A DNA stretch of 64,000 nucleotides from Rhodoferax sp. (lineage in GTDB: Bacteria; Pseudomonadota; Gammaproteobacteria; Burkholderiales; Burkholderiaceae_C), in the NCBI RefSeq assembly GCF_013297935.1, contig NZ_JAAFIX010000004.1, positions 154,168-218,167 on the forward strand, in the 5' to 3' direction. Position numbers and translations under genes: made by a program. Shown one piece after another: positions 31,904-40,296 of this stretch. Numbering within the stretch: position 1 is the stretch's first letter; every line of letters begins with the position of its first letter. The notes under the pieces were generated by a model. It saw only the letters and a program-made list of their open reading frames with translations, was not told the DNA's origin and made no database searches.

Positions 31904-32341
31904 ATGAAGCAAACCAAACCTTTCGGGCGCGCCTACCTCACTGCAGCAGACTCTGCCGCAGCGCCTTCTCCCACGACCATTCCAGCAGCCCTGGCGGCAA
32001 CGGCCAGCTCGCAGCTGGGTGATCTTTTCTCCCTCCATGGGGCGGCGCTGCCGGCCCAAGACCAGGCGCCAGCGCCCCTGTGGCAGCAGAAGCTGCGGGA
32101 GTGGTGCGTGTTGGCGGCCACGGTCGCCGCGCTGCTGAGCGCCTATGTGATGCTGCGCGACAGCATGCTGCTGGCCAACTGGCTGCAGCAGGTCACCACC
32201 GACGAGACCGTCATGGTCTGCAAAGACGGCAAGATGGTGTACCCCGACTACAGCATCGTCGACCGCCTGCTCAACAACGGCCATTTCATGTGTACCGAGT
32301 GGAAGGTGCAGCGCGGATATTTAAGTCTTCCGCGCCGCTAG
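31904..32341 (+). CDS. Hypothetical single-TM protein (145 aa)
   Basis: Hydrophobic segment WCVLAATVAALLSAYVML followed by a short domain with two Cys; no family recognised. Confidence 0.5.
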   Translation: MKQTKPFGRAYLTAADSAAAPSPTTIPAALAATASSQLGDLFSLHGAALPAQDQAPAPLWQQKLREWCVLAATVAALLSAYVMLRDSMLLANWLQQVTTDETVMVCKDGKMVYPDYSIVDRLLNNGHFMCTEWKVQRGYLSLPRR

Positions 32342-32366
32342 GGCCGGTGTACCGGCCCGCTTGTGC

Positions 32367-34301
32367 TCAGAACCCGACGGTGGGTTGCATTTGCGAAGGG
32401 GGCAGGTAGCGCCAGCGCTTGACCAGCGTGGCCAGCATCAAGGCCACGGCACCGGCTGCAGCGACCAAAGTCAGTGGTTGTATCCACTCACCACCGTAGG
32501 CGCCGAACATGGCAGCCCGCACGGCGCGCACGGTCCAGGTCATGGGCATCCACGGGCTGATGGCCTCGTACAGGCCACCACTCAGCTCCACCGGCAGCAC
32601 ACCGCCGGAGGCAGACAGTTGCACCGCCAGAAACACCATGGCAAACACCTTGCCAGCATCCCCCATGGCACGGGAGAGGAAAAGCACGATCATCAAAAAC
32701 GCCATGCCCGCCACGCCGAGGCAGGTGGCAAAGGCCGCTGCATCGTGCACCGGCACCTTCAGGCCCCAGGTCACCATGGCACCCAACAGGGCGGCCTGCA
32801 GGGCCACCACGATCACCGGCACCGTAATTTTGCCCAACAGTTTGGCGGGCGACGAGAAGCGCTTGGCATGCCGCGGCAACACGCGCAAATGAATCAAAAA
32901 TGCCGCCACACCGGCACCCAGCCAGAGTGCGGCGGGAATCACGTTGGGGGCAAACCCGCTGCCGCTGTTGCCGACAACAGCGTCGATTTCCATGATGGGC
33001 TTGACCGAGTTGGCCAGGCCCTCCGGGCTGCCTTCCGGGGTGTCAATAGACGCCGGCAAGGAGTTGGCCAACAGGTCCAACCCGGCTGACAAAGACTGGC
33101 TGCCAGCCTTGAGCTTTTGCAGCCCGTCTGCGAGTTCACCGGCCCCGTGGCTGAGCTGTGTGCTGCCGCTGGCCAGCTCATCGAGTTGGCTGTCTTCGGG
33201 CAACTTGCTCACGGCCTGGCGCACCGCGCCATTCATGGTGCGCATGCCGCTGGTCAGGGTGTTGACCCCGGCGCTCAGCCGCGTGGCACCGTCGGCCAGC
33301 TTTTTCTGCCCATCGGCTGCGATGTGCAGAGCGTCGTCCAGCTGGTTGATGCCACCGGCCAGCTGGCCCACGCCGTCTTTGACGCGACCTGGCAGCAGCA
33401 GGCTGTCGTCGGCCTCGGCTTTGAAGCCGGTGGCGCCTTCCAGTAGTTTGCGGCTTCCGGCTTGGAGCTCGTCCATGCCTTTGATGAGGTCGGTGTGGCC
33501 GCTGACTAAGGCGGCGGCACCCGCGTTGAGCCGGTTGAGCTCGGAGTTGGGGGCGCGTTTGGAATCCAGGGTGCGCAGGCCGTTGCCGAGTTGCTTGAAA
33601 CCGTCTGTGGCCTGGCCTACACCGGTTTGCAGTTTGACGGATCCGCTGGACAAGGCCCGCCCGGCATTGGCCGCTTTGGTGGTGCCGGTGTGGAGCTCTT
33701 CAGCGCCTGAGCGCAACGAGGCGACGCCCGCGCGCAAGGCGTCGACACTGCGTTGGGAGCCTGCTGCATCGGTCAGCACCATGGACCATCGCCGCTCGTT
33801 GAGGCTTTCGTTGACTTCGTGGCCCAGCTCGTTGGCAAACTGCTTGGCAAGTGCTGCTGTCTGGAAGTTGTTGCCCTCCGAGGCGTACACCACGAGCTTG
33901 CCGCCTCCGGGTTGCGCGCCGGGGATGGCGTTGGAGCTGAAATCTTTGGGAATGATCAGCGCAAAGGCGCGTTTGCCCATGCGCACGTCCTGGCGGGCCT
34001 GCTCGGAGTCGTCGTATTGCACATAACCGAAGCGCGCACTGCGGTTCAAATTAAAAACAACCTGCGACCCCACGTTGAACACATGGTCGCGGTACTGCAC
34101 GCCTTCATCCAGGTTCACTAGGGCCACCGTCAAGGCCTGGCTGTGCGAGCCCGGGTCCCACACGCTGGTGAGGTAAATGGCGGCGTAGACCGATGGCAGC
34201 AAGGCCACCACCACCACGGCGAGCAGCATCTTGGGGTAGCGCAGCAGGATTTGCACCTCATGCCGTGCGACATAGCGCACCTGGTTGGCGAAATTTCTCA
34301 T
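32367..34301 (-). CDS. YhgE/Pip-family membrane protein
   Basis: YLTSVWDP..LTVALVNLDEG N-domain; xxxLxxG heptad repeats; C-terminal TM bundle with SASGGVLPVEL and WMPMTW. Confidence 0.85.
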   Translation of the reverse strand: MRNFANQVRYVARHEVQILLRYPKMLLAVVVVALLPSVYAAIYLTSVWDPGSHSQALTVALVNLDEGVQYRDHVFNVGSQVVFNLNRSARFGYVQYDDSEQARQDVRMGKRAFALIIPKDFSSNAIPGAQPGGGKLVVYASEGNNFQTAALAKQFANELGHEVNESLNERRWSMVLTDAAGSQRSVDALRAGVASLRSGAEELHTGTTKAANAGRALSSGSVKLQTGVGQATDGFKQLGNGLRTLDSKRAPNSELNRLNAGAAALVSGHTDLIKGMDELQAGSRKLLEGATGFKAEADDSLLLPGRVKDGVGQLAGGINQLDDALHIAADGQKKLADGATRLSAGVNTLTSGMRTMNGAVRQAVSKLPEDSQLDELASGSTQLSHGAGELADGLQKLKAGSQSLSAGLDLLANSLPASIDTPEGSPEGLANSVKPIMEIDAVVGNSGSGFAPNVIPAALWLGAGVAAFLIHLRVLPRHAKRFSSPAKLLGKITVPVIVVALQAALLGAMVTWGLKVPVHDAAAFATCLGVAGMAFLMIVLFLSRAMGDAGKVFAMVFLAVQLSASGGVLPVELSGGLYEAISPWMPMTWTVRAVRAAMFGAYGGEWIQPLTLVAAAGAVALMLATLVKRWRYLPPSQMQPTVGF

Positions 34302-35947
34302 GGCTGCTCCGGTGAATGCGGGCGCGCCGGCGGTGGAGCCCATTGCGCGGGCGGCACCGTCTTCGCCACGGCCGGGTCGGCAATGTATTGGGGCGACATG
34401 ATCTGTACCCCGAAGGTGTTGAACACGTCTTGAATATTGGCGTGCAAAGCGCTCAACACCTCAGCCCGCGGACGCGGTTCGTGCGGAATGGCCTGACACA
34501 CCAGGCGGTACACCGGGTACCAGTCGGAAAGTGCCGTCTGGAAGACTTGAGGCGCGGGGTGGGCCTGAATGCCCTCGGTGCGCAGCGCCGCATCGATCAG
34601 CATGGCGTGGACCTGGCGCCAAGGTGTGTCGTAACCGATGGTGACGGTGGTGTCGACCACATAGCCCGGGCCGTTCACCGTGCGGGAGTAGTTTTTGGTG
34701 GTGCTGGCCAGCACACTGCTGTTGGAGATGGTGAGCTCTTCACCCAGCCCGGTGCGGATGCGGGTGGCGAACATGCCGATCTCGGTCACCGTGCCTTCCT
34801 GGTCGGCAATGCGCACGTATTCTCCTTTGCGGTAGACCCGGCCGTAGGTCAGTATCAGACCACTGGCGGCTTGCCCCACCAGGTTGGAGGCCCCGAGCGA
34901 AATCATCAAACCCACCAGCACCGACAAGCCTTTAAAGGCCTCGGTGCCGGCACCCGGCAAATAGGGGTAGGCCATGGCCAGAGCAAAAAGCCAGATCAGC
35001 ACTTTGGCGATGCGGCGGGTGGGCACGGCGACATCGGCATCCAGCCAGGCGAGGGTGTGCTCGTCTTCCAGTACCCGCTCAAAAAACCGGTCCATGCTGC
35101 GGCTGAGCAGGCGCGCTAAGTAGAAGATCACGCCCGCAGTAAACAGGCCCGGCACAGCCCCTGCGATGGCGCTGCCCGCCTGCGCTGCAAAGTTGAGCAA
35201 GTAGCCGTTGAGCGCCTCGCCCCAGGCGCGGGTGTACGGAAAGCGGCTCAACACAAAGCTCAGCCACTCGTATACCAGCAGGGCCTGCAGCAGCCTGAGC
35301 ACGGTGTTGATCCCGCGGCGCACCAAGCTCACGGCCCGGTTGCGGTTGAGCAGGCTGATGCCGCCGAGTTGCAGCCGGGCGGCTTGTTCTGCGGAGAACT
35401 GCAACAGGCGTTTGCCCAAGGCACTGTGCATGCGCTGCAAAGCCATCCACACGCCCAGCGCCACCACCGTGGCACCGGCCACCCAAGCCAGCGCTTTGGC
35501 GATGGCATCCAGGTCGCGGCTCTCGCGGCTTTCGGCAATGGCCATCTCCAGGGCCGACTGCACTTGGGCTGCTGTGGCGTCCAGGGTGTCCTGGGCGCTG
35601 GCATCGACTTCAGCGGCAGTCACTACAAAGGTGGTGGCACCGTCTATCTGGATCAGCATGCCCATGGCATCAGGCTTGCGGCTGACGCGGTGCGGGCCGC
35701 TCTGGTCGAGCTGGGCGTGCAGGCGGGTGCGGGCGCGTTGCGCCCGGTCGGCGGCAGAAACCCCGCCCAAATCGCCGCGGAAAGTGATGACCGGCCGGTT
35801 GTAAAACGAGAGGGTAGCAGCGGCAGGCACCGGGGCCGCTGCGGCTGCCGCCAGCGCGGCAGGGGGTAGCGTCGTCTCGGTGGGTTGCGCAGTTGCGCTC
35901 CCGGTCCACACCGACAGCACAAGCCAAAGAGCCAAAAAGAATTTCAT
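34298..35947 (-). CDS. MscS-family mechanosensitive channel with periplasmic N-terminal extension
   Basis: Signal peptide; TMs; GEYVRIADQEGTVTEIGMFATRI; VTIGYD; NIQDVFNTFGVQIMSP. Confidence 0.85.
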   Translation of the reverse strand: MKFFLALWLVLSVWTGSATAQPTETTLPPAALAAAAAAPVPAAATLSFYNRPVITFRGDLGGVSAADRAQRARTRLHAQLDQSGPHRVSRKPDAMGMLIQIDGATTFVVTAAEVDASAQDTLDATAAQVQSALEMAIAESRESRDLDAIAKALAWVAGATVVALGVWMALQRMHSALGKRLLQFSAEQAARLQLGGISLLNRNRAVSLVRRGINTVLRLLQALLVYEWLSFVLSRFPYTRAWGEALNGYLLNFAAQAGSAIAGAVPGLFTAGVIFYLARLLSRSMDRFFERVLEDEHTLAWLDADVAVPTRRIAKVLIWLFALAMAYPYLPGAGTEAFKGLSVLVGLMISLGASNLVGQAASGLILTYGRVYRKGEYVRIADQEGTVTEIGMFATRIRTGLGEELTISNSSVLASTTKNYSRTVNGPGYVVDTTVTIGYDTPWRQVHAMLIDAALRTEGIQAHPAPQVFQTALSDWYPVYRLVCQAIPHEPRPRAEVLSALHANIQDVFNTFGVQIMSPQYIADPAVAKTVPPAQWAPPPARPHSPEQP

Positions 35948-36015
35948 GGGGGCATTAGGACAGAGTCCTGCCCACTATACCCACTCAGCGCAGGGGCTAA
36001 CGCGCGGCGCCCGCC

Positions 36016-37140
36016 TCAGGCATTGTGTTGGGTGTAACGGGCGATATGCCGCCGGTCGCTCCAGTCTTTGAGCCAGCGCCAAGGCCGGCCGGTGGCGCAG
36101 TAGCTGCCCCAGCCCGCCACCGCTTGCTGGCCGCTGTAAAGCAGGTGCAGGGCTTGCCCGCCGGCCGGTGCCGCATGGAGGCTGTCGCCGGCTGCCGCCG
36201 CGGGCAGGTTGCGCGCCAGCATAGGGTTGCCATCTGCCACCGCAAACACCTGGGGGTGATTGGTGCTGCGCTGGTAGGCATCGGTGGCAATGCGGCCGTG
36301 GGCATCGAGGGCCAGGCCACTGTTTTCCAACCAGACCGGAGACTGGGATTGCAAGGCAATCAAGGGCACGTCGCAGGCGAGCTGCGCGCCACAGCCCAGG
36401 TGCACCGCGTCGGCACGGATCGCGACCGCCACATCTTGCAGGACCGTGATGCGCTGCGCTTTCATGGCGGCGACCAGACGGGCGTTCACCGGGTGGTCGA
36501 GTTGCACGCCGCCCTCGCCGGGTTGGATCACTAGCGTGACGGCACTGTGCGCAAGCCGCTGGCGCACCGCCAAGGCCAGCTCCAGCGCGGCCGTGTGGTC
36601 GCCGATCACGGTAATCCGCAGCGATTTGCTGTGCGCCAGTTCGCAGACCCTGGGCCACAGCTGGGCAAAGGTTTCCAGCGGGTGCGCAAACAAACCGAAC
36701 TCGCGCGCACCGGGAATGTCGCGCTCCAACTGCTCGCGGTTTTGCACGGGCCCGGTGTTCACCGACAACCAGTCGTAATGCTGGCTGCTGCCGTCGTCGA
36801 GCTGCAGGGTTTGCTGGGTGGCGTCGAGCGCCTTGACATGGCGCTGCAGCCAGCGGATGCCGGCGCGGCGCACCAGCGGCTCCAGGGGAATGGCGCACTC
36901 TTCCAGGCTGTAGCGGCCCGCTACCAGACCGGGCAGCATGCCGGGGTAGATGGTCCGCGGGAAAGGGGCCACCAGGGTGACGCGCATCTCGGCCAGCGGC
37001 TTGGCGGCCAGCGCGCTGAGCACGTTGAGGTTGGCCATGCCGGCACCCAGCAACACCAGTTGGCGGGGTTGGTAACCCCGCGCATCGGTGCCATGGGTGG
37101 AGTCCACAGAGTCTTGGAGATGCGCGGCCAGAGCGTTCAT
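36016..37140 (-). CDS. Pyridine nucleotide-disulfide oxidoreductase-like protein, paralogous to the N-terminal domain of the SelD fusion
   Basis: LVLLGAG; YPGMLPGLVAGRY..IPLEPL; YDWLSVNTG. Confidence 0.75.
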   Translation of the reverse strand: MNALAAHLQDSVDSTHGTDARGYQPRQLVLLGAGMANLNVLSALAAKPLAEMRVTLVAPFPRTIYPGMLPGLVAGRYSLEECAIPLEPLVRRAGIRWLQRHVKALDATQQTLQLDDGSSQHYDWLSVNTGPVQNREQLERDIPGAREFGLFAHPLETFAQLWPRVCELAHSKSLRITVIGDHTAALELALAVRQRLAHSAVTLVIQPGEGGVQLDHPVNARLVAAMKAQRITVLQDVAVAIRADAVHLGCGAQLACDVPLIALQSQSPVWLENSGLALDAHGRIATDAYQRSTNHPQVFAVADGNPMLARNLPAAAAGDSLHAAPAGGQALHLLYSGQQAVAGWGSYCATGRPWRWLKDWSDRRHIARYTQHNA

Positions 37141-37143
37141 GGT

Positions 37144-37197
37144 GCTATTGTTTCATGAGCTGCAGGGCGTTGACAAATCCGAGGCTACTGCCGCCCG
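37144..37197 (-). repeat. 54-bp element, copy 8 (degenerate; supplies the DUF3047 stop)
   Basis: Reverse complement ...cagTAGCCTcggatttgtcaacgccctgcAGCTcatgaaacaatAGC; spacer is 1 nt longer. Confidence 0.55.
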
Positions 37198-37936
37198 AGT
37201 TGTCCGAATCCGCACCCACCACGATGGCCAGCAGCGGCGGCACGGTGGTGGTTTCGTTGCCGAAGGCTTCCAGGAAGTCGGCCTGCAGGTCCCGCTTCTG
37301 GGCCACCCAGCGGCCTAGCGGTTCGCCGCTGCCGCGTAGCACACGCAAGCGCACCCTAGCGGTGTAGGCGTTGTTGAGCGCCGTGCCGCTCGGCAAAACA
37401 CTGTCCCACAGGTAGCACAGGGTGGCGCCGGGCAGCGCCTCGCCACTCACCCGGCGGGCCAGACGCAAGAGGTTGCGCTCCACAAAAGGGATGTTCTCCA
37501 GCGGCATGTCAAACAGAGCGCAGACCTTCAGGGCCGCATCGTCCCCAGTTTTGCGGCGCAGATCGGCGCCCGCCAGCGGCTGGTCCAGGCGCCACTGCCA
37601 TTGCAAAAAGCGCGCCTCGCTCCCGCCGGGTACCGCGTGGCTGAGGGCGCCGTAGCTCTTGTCGCTGCGCAGGCGCAGCACTTGCTGGCCGTCCAGCGCA
37701 GCTATGTCCGGTGCGAGCAGAGGCACTTTGCCGCCGGGCAGCCCGATCACCCGCCAAGGTGCCGGGGGTGTGCCGTCTGCCGCGTGGGCCCAGCTTTGCA
37801 GCACACCGGCCGGCTCGGAGCCGCTGGTCTGCGCCCGGGCACTCCCGCAGGCCAGGAGCATGAAAAGCAAGCAAAAAGTGCCTGTAGCCCACACAGAATA
37901 TGCGCGACCAGCTATCAATTCAGGAGCGTTTCTCAT
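37145..37936 (-). CDS. DUF3047-family exported protein
   Basis: LQWQWRLD; GDDAALKVCALFD; LCYLWD; WVAQKRDLQADF; GADSDNSG. Confidence 0.75.
   Translation of the reverse strand: MRNAPELIAGRAYSVWATGTFCLLFMLLACGSARAQTSGSEPAGVLQSWAHAADGTPPAPWRVIGLPGGKVPLLAPDIAALDGQQVLRLRSDKSYGALSHAVPGGSEARFLQWQWRLDQPLAGADLRRKTGDDAALKVCALFDMPLENIPFVERNLLRLARRVSGEALPGATLCYLWDSVLPSGTALNNAYTARVRLRVLRGSGEPLGRWVAQKRDLQADFLEAFGNETTTVPPLLAIVVGADSDNSGGSSLGFVNALQLMKQ
37874..37927 (+). repeat. 54-bp element, copy 9 (selD-DUF3047 junction)
   Basis: aaaagtgcctgTAGCCCacacagaataTGCGCgaccAGCTatcaattcaggAGC; encodes APELIAGRAYSVWATGTF and contains the selD stop. Confidence 0.85.
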
Positions 37937-40244
37937 GCTTCACCTCTATATAAACCGGCGCGTCTCCAGTGTGCGCCGCGCGTACGTGACCGATGGCGCA
38001 CGCGGCGTCGTAGCCCTGTGCGTGCAGTGCCGCCAGACACGCGGCGGCCTGGTCGGCGGGCACGCTGGCCAGCAGCCCACCGGCTGTTTGCGGGTCTACC
38101 AGCAGCGGCCATAGCGGCTGGGCCATGGCCTCGGCGGCGTTGTGTACGCCATGTTGTTGGCGCGCATTGGCGCTGTGCAAGGAGCTGAGCAGGCCCTGCT
38201 GCACACACTCCAGCGCGCCGTCCAGCAGGGGCAGCTGGTCAGCTTGCAGCACCACCTGTACAGCGCTGGGGCGGGCCATTTCTACCGTGTGGCCAATCAG
38301 CCCGAAGCCGGTTACGTCGGTGCAGGCGGTGGCGCCATGCTGCTGCAGCACGGCGGCGGCGGCCTGGTTGCTGTGCTGCATGCTGCGCAGTGCTGCCTGC
38401 ACCCAGCGGCCGGTCGCGGCAGCGCGGCCGTGGGCGGCAAACAGGGCGCCGGTGCCCAGCGGCTTGGTGAGCAGCAGCACATCGCCGGGCTGCATGCCGC
38501 TTTTGCGCAGCACGCCGGTCAGGTGGCCGTGGGCGTCCACATCTACCAGGCCGTTGACTGCAAAGCCCAACGCAAGCTCGGCGCCTTCGCCGCTGTGCCC
38601 ACCGACCAGCGTGCAACCCGCCGCGTTGAGCACCTCGACGGCACCCTGCATCATCTGGCGCAGGGTGGCTTCTACCTGCCGGTCCACGCCCGGCGGCACG
38701 GTGGCAATGGCAGTGGCTGTGTGGGGCCGGGCGCCCATGGCAAACAAGTCGCCCAGTGCGTGGTTGGCGGCTATGCGGCCGAACACATAGGGGTCGTCCA
38801 CGAAGGCCCGGAAAAAATCGACGCTGTGCACCAGCGCTTTGCCTGGCGGCACCCGCACCACGGCGGCGTCGTCCGGGCTGTCCAGGCCCAGCAGCACATC
38901 GGGGTTGGGTTGCACCCACAGGGTTTGCAGGGCACGCGAGAGCACGCTGGCCCCCACCTTGGCACCACAGCCGCCACAGCGCATGGCGACTGCGGCTTGC
39001 GCCTGTTGGGCTTCATCAGCGTTTAGTTGAATGGATGCATTGGCGGATGTCCTGGCCGGAGTCATATTTGAGAGGCCGGCGAGCCCATTCGCGCCCTGCA
39101 CGCTGAAGCGTTGCATAAAGCGGCGGTCTATCCAGTCCTTCCAGCGCCAGACCCAAGCACCTGCAAAGCCGAGTGCGCCGCGTGAGGCTACGGCGTATTG
39201 GTCGCCGGTGCTGATGAGCGCGAGCCAGCGGCGCTGCGGGTGGTAGGGCTGCAAGGGCAGGCCCTGCACCGCGCGCTGCAAATTGATGGCCAGCGGCATG
39301 CCCATGCGCACCGCAAACACACCGGCCTTCTCCAGCGCAAAGTTCTCCATGGCCGCCACATCGCCCGCCGCAAACACGCGCGGGTCGGTGATGCTTTGCA
39401 GGGTGTCGTGCAGGCGGATGCAACGGTTGTCTGTGAGCGCCAAGCCCATGGTTTGCAGCCAAGTACCGCCACCGGCTTGGGTGACCCAGAGCACCTCGTC
39501 GGCCTCAAACCACGTGCCCTGCGCGCTGCGCAAGCGGTCCGGTTGCACTTCTGCGACCGGCGTTTGCAAGTGCACTTGCACGCCGCGTGCCGCCAGCACC
39601 TGGGCAAAACGAGCCTGCACGCCGGGGTTGTGGGTGGGCAGCAGGCCGTCGGAGGTGAACAGGTGGAACCGGGGTGCCAAGTCCCCGCGCCCTGCCGCGC
39701 GGGCCTCGGCCATCAGCCGGTGCTGCATGGCCAGGCACAGTTCTACCCCGCCCGCGCCACCGCCCACGATGGCAATCGACAGCGGCCGCGTGGCGTGCGC
39801 TGCCTTGTCCAGCAACTGCAGCCAGCGCTGATTGAAGCCGGTGATGGGTTTGACCGGCACGGCGTGTTCCGGGGCCCCCACCGCGCGCATTTGCGGGGTG
39901 GAGCCGGTGTTGATGGAGACCACGTCGTAGTCAATGTCCGGCCGGCCGCGCAGTTGCACTGTGCGGGCTTCGCGGTCGAGGCCGATGACTTCAGCCTGGA
40001 TGAACCGGGCGCCGGTGGCTGCGCACAAACGGCACAGGTCAATGTGCACCTCGTCATACGTGTAGTGCCCCGCCACATAGCCCGGCAGCATGCCTGAGTA
40101 GGGCGTGTGCGCGTCGGTGCAGATCAGGGTGATGCGCACACCCGGCAGCGGGTGCATGGCGAAGTAGCGCAGCGCCACCACATGGCTGTGGCCGCCGCCC
40201 ACCAACACGATGTCTCTGACGATGGGCGTGGCTTTTGTTTGCAT
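37920..40244 (-). CDS. selD: Fusion of an N-terminal FAD oxidoreductase domain and selenide,water dikinase
   Basis: VLVGGGHSH, YSGMLPG and VFAAGD in the N-part; MRCGGCGAK (Cys/Lys matching E. coli C17/K20), DDAAV, SVDFF, LGDLFAMG, GGHS, TDVTGFGL, DPQTAGGLL in the C-part. Confidence 0.88.
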   Translation of the reverse strand: MQTKATPIVRDIVLVGGGHSHVVALRYFAMHPLPGVRITLICTDAHTPYSGMLPGYVAGHYTYDEVHIDLCRLCAATGARFIQAEVIGLDREARTVQLRGRPDIDYDVVSINTGSTPQMRAVGAPEHAVPVKPITGFNQRWLQLLDKAAHATRPLSIAIVGGGAGGVELCLAMQHRLMAEARAAGRGDLAPRFHLFTSDGLLPTHNPGVQARFAQVLAARGVQVHLQTPVAEVQPDRLRSAQGTWFEADEVLWVTQAGGGTWLQTMGLALTDNRCIRLHDTLQSITDPRVFAAGDVAAMENFALEKAGVFAVRMGMPLAINLQRAVQGLPLQPYHPQRRWLALISTGDQYAVASRGALGFAGAWVWRWKDWIDRRFMQRFSVQGANGLAGLSNMTPARTSANASIQLNADEAQQAQAAVAMRCGGCGAKVGASVLSRALQTLWVQPNPDVLLGLDSPDDAAVVRVPPGKALVHSVDFFRAFVDDPYVFGRIAANHALGDLFAMGARPHTATAIATVPPGVDRQVEATLRQMMQGAVEVLNAAGCTLVGGHSGEGAELALGFAVNGLVDVDAHGHLTGVLRKSGMQPGDVLLLTKPLGTGALFAAHGRAAATGRWVQAALRSMQHSNQAAAAVLQQHGATACTDVTGFGLIGHTVEMARPSAVQVVLQADQLPLLDGALECVQQGLLSSLHSANARQQHGVHNAAEAMAQPLWPLLVDPQTAGGLLASVPADQAAACLAALHAQGYDAACAIGHVRAAHTGDAPVYIEVKHEKRS

Positions 40245-40296
40245 AGGCGTGAATTGTGCTGCGACCCGCAAAGCGGCGGAGCGTGGGGGCACTATT

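Noticed and set aside
32367-34301. Type VII secretion locus or prophage
   Set aside because: Only a YhgE/Pip-like gene is present; no WXG100, EssC/FtsK, integrase or phage structural genes.
35985-36012. Partial TAGCCCCTGC match (minus strand) and GCTATC at 61800 as extra copies of the 54-bp element
   Set aside because: The remaining blocks (TGCGC, AGCT-N11-AGC) are not present at the required spacing.
38959-38984. Selenocysteine (UGA) in the SelD active site or neighbouring genes
   Set aside because: Both Cys codons of CGGCGAK are TGT. I found no in-frame TGA requiring read-through in the cluster's ORFs.
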